64,000 nucleotides of DNA from Candidatus Levyibacteriota bacterium (GCA_039738415.1 JBCLLY010000001.1:53621-117620), one strand, 5' to 3'. Counted from the stretch's first letter, positions 39,124 to 48,973 are shown. Made by a program: numbers and translations. The notes: generated from the letters alone by a model not told the origin.

Positions 39124-39182
39124 CAGACTAAATTATAGCAAAGAAAATTGCTTTTTATATGTAGTTTAAGATAACTTTAGAT

Positions 39183-40769
39183 ATGACCGGTTTTAAAAAA
39201 ATCATAAAAAAACGAATAAGAATTTTTCTTCTTCTTTTCTTTATTCTAATAACGCTTATCATACTCTCGATAACATTGATTTTGGTTCAAACTCAGAAAG
39301 ATACCCGTAGTCGCGCCGCGTCGGGGACTTGCACCGTAGATAGTCCAATTATAGTTGATCTGGTAGAACAGGAGTTTTTACAAATCCTAAATGACAAAAG
39401 AGAAGGGATGGGAAGAGGCAAACTTAGACCCTCACAAACCCTGACAAAAGCCGCACAATGGCAAGCAGAAGACCTAAAGCAGCACAACTCATTTTCTCAT
39501 TATGACTCTCTGGGAAGGATTACGCAGGAAAGATTTTTAGCCTGCGGAATATCCGCAACCACCGCTGGCGGAGAAAATATAGCAATGGCCACCAACGCCC
39601 AAAATGCATTCAATGCTTGGCAGAATTCCCCTAGACATAAGACAACTATGGAAAATGGAAGCTTTTCCCAAACGGGAATTGCCAGGGTTCAGCAAGGAAA
39701 CACGTGGCTTTGGGTACAAACTTTTAGCAGTGGCAATGACGGAACCTCTCCGGAGCTCGAGGGATCAAACACTCCCACCGCAACTCCTACTTCTACACCT
39801 TCACTGACGCCAACACCGACAACGGTTCAGGGGGAAGAATATGCTCATTCATTAAGTATTTGGTTTTCCAAAGCAAGCTATCAATACGGAGAAAATATGA
39901 ACATTGGTTGGCAATTAAGTCCAGCTCTTCAGCTTTTTTACGTTAATGGAATACTTGTATGTAATGGAACTAGAATTAGAACCTGGCGAATCGAACAATC
40001 CGGTGGCTCCGGTAAATATCAATGGCTTATCATTGGAAGCTACAGTCCCACAAGCCCTACCACGTGTACCGTAACGCTTACTGCAGATACGGGTACAGCT
40101 ACTGCTGTAATCGCAAGAAATAACGCTTTAATAAGTTTTGGTACCTTGTCACCCACCGCAACTCCTACTTCTACTCCTTCACTGACGCCAACACCGACTA
40201 ATGTTCCTGTATTAACAGCGACTCCAATTCTAATCTCTCAAGCGCCCTCTTCAACTCCAACATCAATTCCGACCACGACACCTCCACCAAATACAACGAC
40301 AATTAAATTTTCATTTAAGCTCGTAGGAATTGGCGCAAATACCTCTCTAGGACAAAATCCCAACCCCAAAAGACCTCAAAGAAGCCTTCCTGTTTTGATC
40401 TCGAAAACTATTAGCACCGTCACAATTGCTCAATACAATCCTATTACTTCACTTTTTGAGGGGACACTTTATCTTCCTAACGAATACCTTAAGCCTGAAA
40501 ACAACATAACTTTTATACTTAAAAGCATGCTGGAACATAAAGTCTTTTTATCCTCCCTCCTAACCGGCAATACCATTCCGCAATTTACATTTAGAAGCGG
40601 CGACATTACCTCAAGTGGCACTATTGACTTGAATGACTACATAGATATGATTGCCTGCATAAAAGAAATACGCTGTACACCGGACAAATCTAGCATAGAT
40701 CTTAATGACGACTCACTCGTAGATATCCTTGATTTGAATATTTTGTTCAGAAGTTTCTTGAAAAATTAG
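39183..40769 (+). CDS. CAP (SCP) domain surface protein with Pro/Thr linkers and dockerin-like C-terminus
   Basis: FSHYDS, GENIA, WQNSPRH; GDITSSGTIDLND and DLNDDSLVDILD; TPTATPTSTPSLTPTPT-like linker twice. Confidence 0.85.
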   Translation: MTGFKKIIKKRIRIFLLLFFILITLIILSITLILVQTQKDTRSRAASGTCTVDSPIIVDLVEQEFLQILNDKREGMGRGKLRPSQTLTKAAQWQAEDLKQHNSFSHYDSLGRITQERFLACGISATTAGGENIAMATNAQNAFNAWQNSPRHKTTMENGSFSQTGIARVQQGNTWLWVQTFSSGNDGTSPELEGSNTPTATPTSTPSLTPTPTTVQGEEYAHSLSIWFSKASYQYGENMNIGWQLSPALQLFYVNGILVCNGTRIRTWRIEQSGGSGKYQWLIIGSYSPTSPTTCTVTLTADTGTATAVIARNNALISFGTLSPTATPTSTPSLTPTPTNVPVLTATPILISQAPSSTPTSIPTTTPPPNTTTIKFSFKLVGIGANTSLGQNPNPKRPQRSLPVLISKTISTVTIAQYNPITSLFEGTLYLPNEYLKPENNITFILKSMLEHKVFLSSLLTGNTIPQFTFRSGDITSSGTIDLNDYIDMIACIKEIRCTPDKSSIDLNDDSLVDILDLNILFRSFLKN

Positions 40770-40962
40770 CCTAGAAAAATATAATTAGCGGAAAAAGGCT
40801 CAGCCTCAGGATTTAGTGTTCAAAAGCGGTCAAACATAGTCATTTAACTACCTAAATATATCAACTCTTTGTGGTAATTTTTTAATCAATTATTTCGAGG
40901 GTAAGTTTGCAGGCTTACTAGCTTCTAGCTACTAGCTCTTGTGTCTAATTTCCAATAATTTC

Positions 40963-41135
40963 GGCTCGAAAGTCTTTGGAACGCACCGATTTCCCTAATA
41001 TCTAAGTGAGTAAGACTCATTCATCCCGCAAAGCGGAACAAATATATGTCTCGTACCCTCAAATACATGATCGAGAATACTCGTATTGATTAGTGTAGAG
41101 AAAAACAATTGTGCGTTTTAAAGAGCTTTAGAGCC
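40963..41135 (-). ncRNA. candidate structured RNA behind a consensus promoter
   Basis: TTGACA(41170)-N17-TATTCT; long bulged closing stem; no ORF. Confidence 0.4.
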
Positions 41136-41247
41136 ATTCTTAGAATATCCTAGTTTTATACTCTTGTCAAGAAATTTGACCAGCTCCTACTCCTACTCCC
41201 GACAACTATTTCCAAAGGTATAGAAGTATGATTTAAAGTATAGCAGT

Positions 41248-41293
41248 ATACTAGATACTAGATACTAGATACTAGATACTAGATACTAGATAC
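41248..41293. repeat. heptamer array TAGATAC x6
   Basis: directly before the uppP start codon. Confidence 0.9.
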
Positions 41294-41297
41294 CCTT

Positions 41298-42080
41298 ATG
41301 GAATTATTTCACGTCATTATTCTCTCTTTTATCGAAGGTGTCACCGAATTTTTGCCTATATCCTCTACAGGACATCTGATTATTGCCTCAAGACTCTTAG
41401 CTATACCCAATACGGAATTTCTGAAAACTTTTGAAATAGCTATCCAGTCAGGCGCGGTACTTGCTGTAGTTAATCTGTATTGGACTAAATTAATAAAGGA
41501 TAAAAAACTTATTTTAAAATCATTTGTTGGACTCTTTCCTACAGTAATTTTTGGAATAGTTCTCTATCCCTTCCTGAAAAATGTATTATTTGAAAGTACT
41601 CAAACTATATCAATCTCTCTAATAGTTGGAGGCTTGGCGATACTTTTCATAGAGAATAGGCTCAAGGCTCGTGGAAATAATAATGGAAAAGATAATAGTG
41701 AATTATCGGATATTACCTATAGACAAGCCTTTTTGACGGGTTTAACCCAGAGTATCGCAATTATCCCGGGAGTAAGCAGAGCAGGCGCCAGCATATTCGG
41801 AGGAATGCTATTTGGCATGAGTAGAAAAACAGCCACGGAATTTTCATTTATACTCGCGCTTCCCACGATAGTCGCCGCAACAGGATTTGATTTAGTCCAA
41901 ACTGGACCAAGTTTTTCTCAAACCGAAATTATTTACCTAATTGTTGGAATTGGGCTTTCATTTGTAATCGCTCTACTTGCTATTAAATGGCTTCTAAAAT
42001 ACGTCTCAACACACAGCTTCACAAAATTTGCCTGGTACAGGATAGTAATAGGAATAATATTCTTACTTTTGTTTTTGTAG
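41298..42080 (+). CDS. uppP: undecaprenyl-diphosphate phosphatase
   Basis: EGVTEFLPISSTGHL, IQSGA, PGVSRAG, EFSF. Confidence 0.97.
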   Translation: MELFHVIILSFIEGVTEFLPISSTGHLIIASRLLAIPNTEFLKTFEIAIQSGAVLAVVNLYWTKLIKDKKLILKSFVGLFPTVIFGIVLYPFLKNVLFESTQTISISLIVGGLAILFIENRLKARGNNNGKDNSELSDITYRQAFLTGLTQSIAIIPGVSRAGASIFGGMLFGMSRKTATEFSFILALPTIVAATGFDLVQTGPSFSQTEIIYLIVGIGLSFVIALLAIKWLLKYVSTHSFTKFAWYRIVIGIIFLLLFL

Positions 42081-42158
42081 GTTAGATAAACAAACCAAAT
42101 CCTTAATTCATGATTCTTTATTCTTAATTCTTTCTTTGTTGTGTTATAATCGCCTCAA

Positions 42159-42806
42159 ATGCCGTCACGTTACGTTTTAAGAGATTTCAAACAAAACGAA
42201 TACTATCACGTCCTAAACTACGGCGTGGACAAACGCAACATCTTCGGGGACGAGGAAGACTTCCGGACTTTTCTCTACTATCTCAAAGTCTACCTTTTAC
42301 CCAAAAGTACAATTGAGGAGAAAATGCCAAATCTGCCCAAAAGAATGCTTTCTAAAAATAGAAATAGTGAAGTTGAGATAATCGCATATACTTTAATGCC
42401 AAATCATTTTCATTTGCTTTTACGTGAAAAAGAGCTGGGAGGAATTTCACTTTTTATGAAACAACTATCCAATGCCTACACTAAGTACTTCAATGAACGT
42501 CATACCCGGTCAGGAAGCCTCTTCGAGGGTCCTTTTAAGGCAGCAAACGTAAAAAGTGAGGATATAACTCAAGTAGTACGATACATTCACCTAAATTCTT
42601 TTCTGGCAGGCATTGTAGACGATCCTGAAAAATACCGCTGGTCGGATTTCCCGACTTATACTAATTCAAAGGAAGTAAATATTTCAAATACAAAGGTCGT
42701 AATCTCACGCTTCAACACTCCGGCAGATTACAAGCATTTCGTGCACAACTACATGGATTATGCTGAAAAGGTGAAAACTCTCGACCACATTCTGATAGAT
42801 AACTAA
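42159..42806 (+). mobile_element. REP-associated tyrosine (Y1 HUH) transposase, RAYT-like
   Basis: YYHVLNYG, AYTLMPNHFHLLL, YFNERH.RSG.LF, YIHLN, YRWS. Confidence 0.88.
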
Positions 42807-42860
42807 TTAGTTGGCAGGAATAGAATTTAGGAGATAGTTCCAATGTGAGGTGGATTTAAA

Positions 42861-43014
42861 CACGAGTTTCGCACTTCATTAAAAGATAGGCATACTTTAT
42901 CAAACACCTTTGTCATCCTGAACTTGATTCAGGATCCAAAATAGATTCCGGATCAAGCTCGCCTCGCTGAGGCTTCGTCGAAGCGGGTCCGGAATGACAA
43001 GTGAGAAACTCGTG
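42861..43014. repeat. three-level nested palindromic element next to the RAYT
   Basis: CACGAGTTTCGCACTT/AAGTGAGAAACTCGTG outer IR, GTCATCCTGAA...GGAATGAC middle, CTCGCC...GAAGCGGG inner. Confidence 0.8.
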
Positions 43015-43198
43015 TTAAAAAGACTTTTTGGGAAAAACTGTTTATCTCAACTACTCCTACTCCTAATAACTATTAACTAGCTAGTTGGCAGGAATAGGAG
43101 CTGGAAGATAGTTTACGAAATGAATTATTGTTAACAAATGGTTTTTGGGGTTACGCTCAAACTACTCCTACTCCTACTCCTAACAACTAAATCCTAAG

Positions 43199-43411
43199 CT
43201 ATATTTCCGTTTTCATCTGAATTCCTAGAAGATAATAAATCGCTTCTTTTTTATATCGTCTGTCACCTCTGGAGTTTATACGTATTGCAGGCAACTTTCC
43301 TCTTTTGCCCCATCTTTTTATAGTTAGGGGAGAAACTCTAAGCAACTCGGCAACCTCCCGTACTGTAAGAAGATCTGGTAAATCTGCTATTGATATCTTT
43401 TGATTACTCAT
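43199..43411 (-). CDS. excisionase-type HTH DNA-binding protein
   Basis: LLTVREVAELLRVSPLTIKRWGKRGKLPAIRINSRGDRRY. Confidence 0.92.
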   Translation of the reverse strand: MSNQKISIADLPDLLTVREVAELLRVSPLTIKRWGKRGKLPAIRINSRGDRRYKKEAIYYLLGIQMKTEI

Positions 43412-43903
43412 TTTCTAAGTCTTATACTAACCTACTATATCTAATGTAGTAGAACACATACATAGTTGTCAAGTGGCAAATTAGTCAAAATTGACACGCA
43501 GGCCCTGAGTCCGCCAGCTGGCGGATCGAATGGGTCAAGACCCAAAATGAGTCGCAGACCTTGAGCGAGACTGAAGACTGATGACTGAAGACCCTTAAGA
43601 CTTAAGACTGAATACCTAAGACCCTGAGCGAAGCCAAGTCAGACTTGGGCAAGACTGAAGGATGATAGCTTTTACATTACTTTGATATTAATTGTTATAT
43701 GTTAAGCACAAAGCACTATCAAAATATAACAAAAGATAACAATCAAATACTAGAAACTGGTTGCTAGAAGCTAGTTTCTAGTTACTAGACTGTGCCTTCC
43801 CCGTTGATCCGGTACTTTTACCTGCCCCGCCTGCCAGCCTTTAGAGGAAGCATGCGCAAGGGTAAAAAGTACAAAGATGAACCTGAGGTTATTTCTCTTC
43901 TTG

Positions 43904-44683
43904 TTACCCAAAAAGGCGCTCTCTTATTACATAGTAGCCAAAAATAGGCAGTGAGAGCTGTCTTTTTAATCTCCAAGGCTCCATTATTAGTCTGAAGAGC
44001 CATTCAAACCCAGCTTTCCTCAAAAATCTAGGCGCACGAATAACTTTTCCACTAATAAAATCAAAAGATCCGCCTACTCCCATAGCACAAGTTACAGGAA
44101 TACTTTCCAAATTTTCCGCTATCCACTCCTCCTGCCTGGGAAATCCTAGAGCTACAAACAGAATGTCAATGACATTTGTAGATGGTAGATGGTAGGTGGC
44201 AGATGGTAGATTTTTGTTACTAACTTGATACTTTTGCGCGGTAGTAAAACCTTCCTCATTCCAACTCTCGCCAACGTAGTTAACCACAAGACCTGGGAAC
44301 TTTTTTATTAAGCAGTCGGCAGTTTTGTCTGCTACACCTGACTCCCCACCAAAAAATCCCACCGTTAAGCCCTCTTTTGCACATTGCTCAACTAGTGAAA
44401 GCATCATATCGATACCCGAAATCCTCTCCTCAACCCCCTTTTTTAACAATCTTGATGCCATGAGCACACCTATACCATCCGGAATTGACACTTGAGCCCC
44501 ATTCAATACCTTCTGATAGGACCTATCACTCAAAGCGTGCATCATGATTTCGGGATTTGGTGTTACTATATAGAACTTTTCACTACCCCCTTTTAGTCTT
44601 TTAATAATATATTTAAGGACGTAGTCGCTATTTTGCGTGGAAACATTTGTTCCGAGAATTTTTGTTGTAGTAAGAGTGTTCAT
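43904..44683 (-). CDS. WecB/TagA/CpsF family glycosyltransferase
   Basis: IVTPNPE, PDGIG, RISGID, VALGFPRQE, GVGGSFD, EWLFRL..EPWR. Confidence 0.95.
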   Translation of the reverse strand: MNTLTTTKILGTNVSTQNSDYVLKYIIKRLKGGSEKFYIVTPNPEIMMHALSDRSYQKVLNGAQVSIPDGIGVLMASRLLKKGVEERISGIDMMLSLVEQCAKEGLTVGFFGGESGVADKTADCLIKKFPGLVVNYVGESWNEEGFTTAQKYQVSNKNLPSATYHLPSTNVIDILFVALGFPRQEEWIAENLESIPVTCAMGVGGSFDFISGKVIRAPRFLRKAGFEWLFRLIMEPWRLKRQLSLPIFGYYVIRERLFG

Positions 44684-44973
44684 AATACTAAAGGCTACAT
44701 ATTATAAATGATTATCTCTTTATTTTCAGCTCTTCGTTCACTTTTTTTACTCTCTAATTTATACTTTAAATTCAATAATAACTATCTATCTAAATAAAAA
44801 TGTTACCTAAATAAATAGATCAGTATAATTATTTATATAAGTTACTGCTATTTTACTGTTTCTTGGTCTATCCGTGAAAACTTTTTTCATTTTTTTTGTT
44901 ATTTCGCAATTTTAATAAATTTATCTAAAAAAATTGGTTGTATATAATAATTTTATATAAGATATCTTTTAAA

Positions 44974-45981
44974 TCAGCTATTATTTATGCTTCTTTTATA
45001 GAGTTCCAGATTTTCTATAGCGACTCCCGTTCCCCTTACTACACAATATAAAGGATCTTCAGCAACATATGCCGGAACTCCAGTTTCACGTGTAACGTAT
45101 TTGTCAAAGTTGCGTAGCAACACGGTCCCACCGGTAAGAACTATACCTTTCTCTATAATATCTGACGATAACTCGGGAGGTGTCATTTCAAATACATTTC
45201 GTATGGTAGAAATTATTTTTTTTAAAATAGGCTCAATTGCTTCAAATACCTGCTCCTCAGTAATTTCCTCCTGGCGCGGCAAACCGGTAACACTATCCCG
45301 TCCGCGGATTTCCATTTTCTTGTCAGAGTTTTTTGAAGGAATAGCATTGCCTATTTTTATTTTTATTTCCTCAGATGAGCGCTCTCCTATAATAATTCCG
45401 AACTTTTTTCTAATATAATTGGCAATCGTATCCTGAAGCGCATCTCCACCAATCCTCGCCGAAGCATGATTTACAATTCCTCCGAGTGAAATAACAGCCA
45501 CGTCTGTCGTCCCTCCACCGCTGTCTAGAATCATGTGCCCGGAGGCTGCAGCAATCGGAATTTTTGCGCCAATTGCAGCCGCAAGCGGCTCTTCTATCAA
45601 ATAAACGGCACGTGCTCCTGCAGAATGGGTTGCGTCTATAACTGCACGCTTTTCCACCTGAGTCACGCCTGACGGAATACACACCATAACCTCTGGCTTA
45701 ATTAGTCTGCTTTTGCCTGAAACTTTTTGTATAAAATATTCAAGCATCGCCTCGGTAATCTGATAGTCAGCAATTACTCCATCTTTTAAAGGTCGCGAGG
45801 CTACAATATTTCCCGGAGTTCTACCAAGCATTTCTTTTGCCTCAGCTCCAACTGCTACAACTTTATTTGTGTCAGCTCTCACCGCAACAACAGTTGGCTC
45901 GTTCAAAACCACGCCCTGACCAGCAACATATACAAGAGTATTTGCGGTACCTAAATCTATTCCAATTCTTTTTCCAAACAT
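44974..45981 (-). CDS. mreB: rod shape-determining protein MreB/Mbl
   Basis: IDLGTANT, RPLKDGVIAD, EEPLAAAIGA, GGGTTD, LTGG. Confidence 0.97.
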   Translation of the reverse strand: MFGKRIGIDLGTANTLVYVAGQGVVLNEPTVVAVRADTNKVVAVGAEAKEMLGRTPGNIVASRPLKDGVIADYQITEAMLEYFIQKVSGKSRLIKPEVMVCIPSGVTQVEKRAVIDATHSAGARAVYLIEEPLAAAIGAKIPIAAASGHMILDSGGGTTDVAVISLGGIVNHASARIGGDALQDTIANYIRKKFGIIIGERSSEEIKIKIGNAIPSKNSDKKMEIRGRDSVTGLPRQEEITEEQVFEAIEPILKKIISTIRNVFEMTPPELSSDIIEKGIVLTGGTVLLRNFDKYVTRETGVPAYVAEDPLYCVVRGTGVAIENLELYKRSINNS

Positions 45982-45995
45982 ATATTATTAGTTAT

Positions 45996-46027
45996 TTCGA
46001 CCAGAGGTCAATCGGCCTCTGGTCGAA
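45996..46027. repeat. perfect 12-bp inverted repeat (REP-like)
   Basis: TTCGACCAGAGG-N8-CCTCTGGTCGAA. Confidence 0.75.
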
Positions 46028-46051
46028 GTTATTAGGAGTAGGAGTTAGTTT

Positions 46052-46408
46052 TTAAACAGTCCTTCTACTCATTACATTTAACATTTTACAAATTTCCTCT
46101 AACAGTAATTCTGCTGGAGTATATTTTTTAGATTCAGAATAACCCAAGTTTTTTGCAATTAAAATCTGAGTATCAAGCTCTAAAGCAGAACCATACGAAA
46201 TTTTGTAAAATCTTTTATAATCGTTTTCACTTTTTCGTCCATATCCTTCAGCAATATTTGATGGTATGCTGACAACTGCTCTTCTTATTTGAGATGTAAG
46301 TCCATACATTTCTTCCTTTGGAAAATCGTTCGTTAATTTATATACAGCCTCAACCAATAAAATCGCTTTTTGCCAAACAACTAACTCTTTATAAGACTTA
46401 ATTTTCAT
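46052..46408 (-). CDS. four helix bundle protein
   Basis: SYKELVVWQKA...FPKEEMYGLTSQIRRAVVSIPSNIAEG...GSALELDTQ. Confidence 0.95.
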   Translation of the reverse strand: MKIKSYKELVVWQKAILLVEAVYKLTNDFPKEEMYGLTSQIRRAVVSIPSNIAEGYGRKSENDYKRFYKISYGSALELDTQILIAKNLGYSESKKYTPAELLLEEICKMLNVMSRRTV

Positions 46409-46412
46409 AACT

Positions 46413-46466
46413 ACTCCTACTCCTACTCCTACTCCTACTCCTACTCCTACTCCTACTCCTACTCCT
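46413..46466 (-). repeat. hexamer array (AGGAGT)x9
   Basis: perfect ACTCCT x9 on the + strand, ending 4 nt before the ATG at 46408. Confidence 0.95.
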
Positions 46467-46569
46467 AATTAACTATATCCCAATACTACTTTTATGTATC
46501 ATTTTTAGCTTGTTTATATTCACTATATCACTTCGATTGCATGATGGCAATCGATGATGGTATATGTCA

Positions 46570-46697
46570 AATGATGAAGACTGAATGATGAATCATGAAT
46601 AATGGATCATGAATCATGAATACTGAATGATGAATCATGAATAATGAATCATGAATACTGAATAATGGATACTCTATACTGAATACTGGATACTGAA
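46570..46697 (+). repeat. heptamer array TGAATCA/TGAATAA/TGAATAC
   Basis: degenerate 7-bp periodic tract. Confidence 0.88.
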
Positions 46698-46819
46698 ATG
46701 AAATGCCGGAAGTTAGATTTTTGAAGTGAGAGATGAAAAGTGTGATATAATAAATATATACTTGAAACTTCTCTAGAAAGCACTTGATTCCTGAAATTAT
46801 TTCCTAGATACTAATTAAT

Positions 46820-48031
46820 ATGGTTAAACATATAAAAAACCCTATCTTCAGTACACTTTTAGTGATTGCACTGATTACTGCTGTTGCTTTGGGCGCAATC
46901 GCATATGGAAGAGGATATCGGGTAACCCGCGATGAGAACGGACGAAATATTGTGGCGGGAACAGGGCTTTTGGTTGTGACATCAGTACCTGATGGCGCCC
47001 GCGCATTTGTAGACGGTAAGCTAACTACGGCAACAGATAATACGATAAATCTCAAGCCGGGCAAATATAGCGTTAAAATCGAAAAGGACGGTTATTTTCC
47101 CTGGGAAAAGCAAATAGAAATAACAAATGAACGTGTAACCGAAACAAACGCTCTCCTATTTCCCAAAGCACCTCAACTTACAAATCTTACCACGACAGGC
47201 GTAAAAAATCCCGTTACAGACAAGGACAGACGCATTATCGCCTACACTGTTGCTTCCGCTTCTTCTGAGCTAAATGGTATATATACTTTGAATTTAAATC
47301 GCGGCATAATTCCTATCGGAAGTGCGAGACGGCAGCTCGCAAATAATCTTATCGATAATTTTTCTGAAGCAAAATTAGAGGTTTCACCCGATGGGCTAAG
47401 AATTCTTGCAACAATTAAATCAGAATTAACAGGCTCTGACAGAACTTATATTTTAAACACTAATGAATTTAACTCCTCTCCTTTACTTATCACTGCAACT
47501 GCACAAAATTTAAGAGATGAATGGAGACTGGAGGAGGAAAAAATTTACAGCGGTAAGATTAGATCTCTACCTAGAAAAACACAAGAAATATTTAACGCTT
47601 ATATTACATTTCCTCTTTTTTCACCCGAAGAAGATAAGGTTCTTTACATAGCGTCCATTAGCGGTAACCTATTACCAACGGTTAATCCGCCAATCCCAAG
47701 CACAAATTCAACCCCCGAAACAAGAAGCTTAGTTGAAGGAAATGTATATATTTACGACATAAAAGATGACAAAAACTATTTATTAAAGGAAAAAGGCGAT
47801 AATCCTTTTCCTAAATTTATTTGGCATCCCGGAAATAGACACTTATATTACATAGAAGGAAATCGTATAAACTCTATTGAATACGACAGATCAAATATCA
47901 CAACTATTTACGCAGGACCATTTCTAAATAACTTCATAACTCCTTGGGCGGATGGAACAGGACTTGTAATCTTAACCAGCTTTAATGACCCGAGTATCCC
48001 ACCAAATCTCTACAGGCTGATTTTTAGATAA
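46820..48031 (+). CDS. PEGA domain membrane protein
   Basis: RGYR, GLLVVTSVPDGARAFVDG, LKPGKYSVKIEKDGYFPWEK; propeller-like C-terminus. Confidence 0.88.
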   Translation: MVKHIKNPIFSTLLVIALITAVALGAIAYGRGYRVTRDENGRNIVAGTGLLVVTSVPDGARAFVDGKLTTATDNTINLKPGKYSVKIEKDGYFPWEKQIEITNERVTETNALLFPKAPQLTNLTTTGVKNPVTDKDRRIIAYTVASASSELNGIYTLNLNRGIIPIGSARRQLANNLIDNFSEAKLEVSPDGLRILATIKSELTGSDRTYILNTNEFNSSPLLITATAQNLRDEWRLEEEKIYSGKIRSLPRKTQEIFNAYITFPLFSPEEDKVLYIASISGNLLPTVNPPIPSTNSTPETRSLVEGNVYIYDIKDDKNYLLKEKGDNPFPKFIWHPGNRHLYYIEGNRINSIEYDRSNITTIYAGPFLNNFITPWADGTGLVILTSFNDPSIPPNLYRLIFR

Positions 48032-48091
48032 TTCGGTTTAAGAGGGCACTCCCCGCTTGCTACTTTTGTAAAAATGCGGAATACTTAATAT

Positions 48092-48946
48092 ATGAAAAAA
48101 ATCCTGTTTTATATATTTTCTGTGGCTTTGGTTTTTACGAATAATACTTCTTTTGCCCAAACACTTCTCCCCGAACACGCGCAGTCCGAACCGGTCATAG
48201 TCAAAGCAACAATTGGAGAATTCTATCTCAATATAACGGCCTACCAGTCTCCTAACGCATCTATCGTAATAGAAACTGTAAGTAGCATATTTCTCGCCTC
48301 CACAACCGCAGATGGAAACGGATACTTCGGATTTTCCAACATCTTAATTACGCAGGATTTTCCGGGATTTTGTTTTAGAGCAATAGATTTTAGAAGAATT
48401 GGAGAATCCGAATCATGCGTAGAAATTAAGGAGATAATAACCGAGGATAAGAAGTACTCAGATATATTTCTTCCTCCTACGATAGGGCTGTCGAAAAAAT
48501 TAATCCTTGCCGGAGAGAACGCTCAGATATTTGGATATTCGATGCCCTATGCAGCAGTTGCTATAAATTTTGAAAAAGAAACCATAACTCTTCAGGCAGA
48601 TGAAACAGGATACTATGAATACATTTTTGAAAATGCACCGGCGGGAGTTTATGCTTTTTCGTCTAGGGCAAAACTGCAAGAAGTTGACTCGCTTGAACCC
48701 AAAAACAAAGCAATACTTGAGGTAATAACCCCTCAGGAGCAGATAAGACAAGACATCACGGGATTTTTGGAAGATGTAGAGAAAAAATTTCCGGGAGCGC
48801 TTATTTTTGCTGCTCTTCTAATTATTTTGCTAGCGCTTCTTATAGCACTTATTTGGAAAACAAAGCCTAGATTTATTTACGCATTCTTTGACAAATTCAA
48901 GAAAAAATACCCAATGCACCACGACTACTTTTTGTTCAAACAATAG
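48092..48946 (+). CDS. secreted Ig-like protein with C-terminal TM
   Basis: signal peptide, VKATIG, ADGNGYF, FLPPTI, TM anchor. Confidence 0.7.
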   Translation: MKKILFYIFSVALVFTNNTSFAQTLLPEHAQSEPVIVKATIGEFYLNITAYQSPNASIVIETVSSIFLASTTADGNGYFGFSNILITQDFPGFCFRAIDFRRIGESESCVEIKEIITEDKKYSDIFLPPTIGLSKKLILAGENAQIFGYSMPYAAVAINFEKETITLQADETGYYEYIFENAPAGVYAFSSRAKLQEVDSLEPKNKAILEVITPQEQIRQDITGFLEDVEKKFPGALIFAALLIILLALLIALIWKTKPRFIYAFFDKFKKKYPMHHDYFLFKQ

Positions 48947-48973
48947 GTTGGTAGAAAGTAGCATGTAGTATGG

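Noticed and set aside
19848-46408. Complete DGR suggested by Avd-like proteins
   Set aside because: No reverse transcriptase or TR/VR pair in the window; the proteins match the general four-helix-bundle family.
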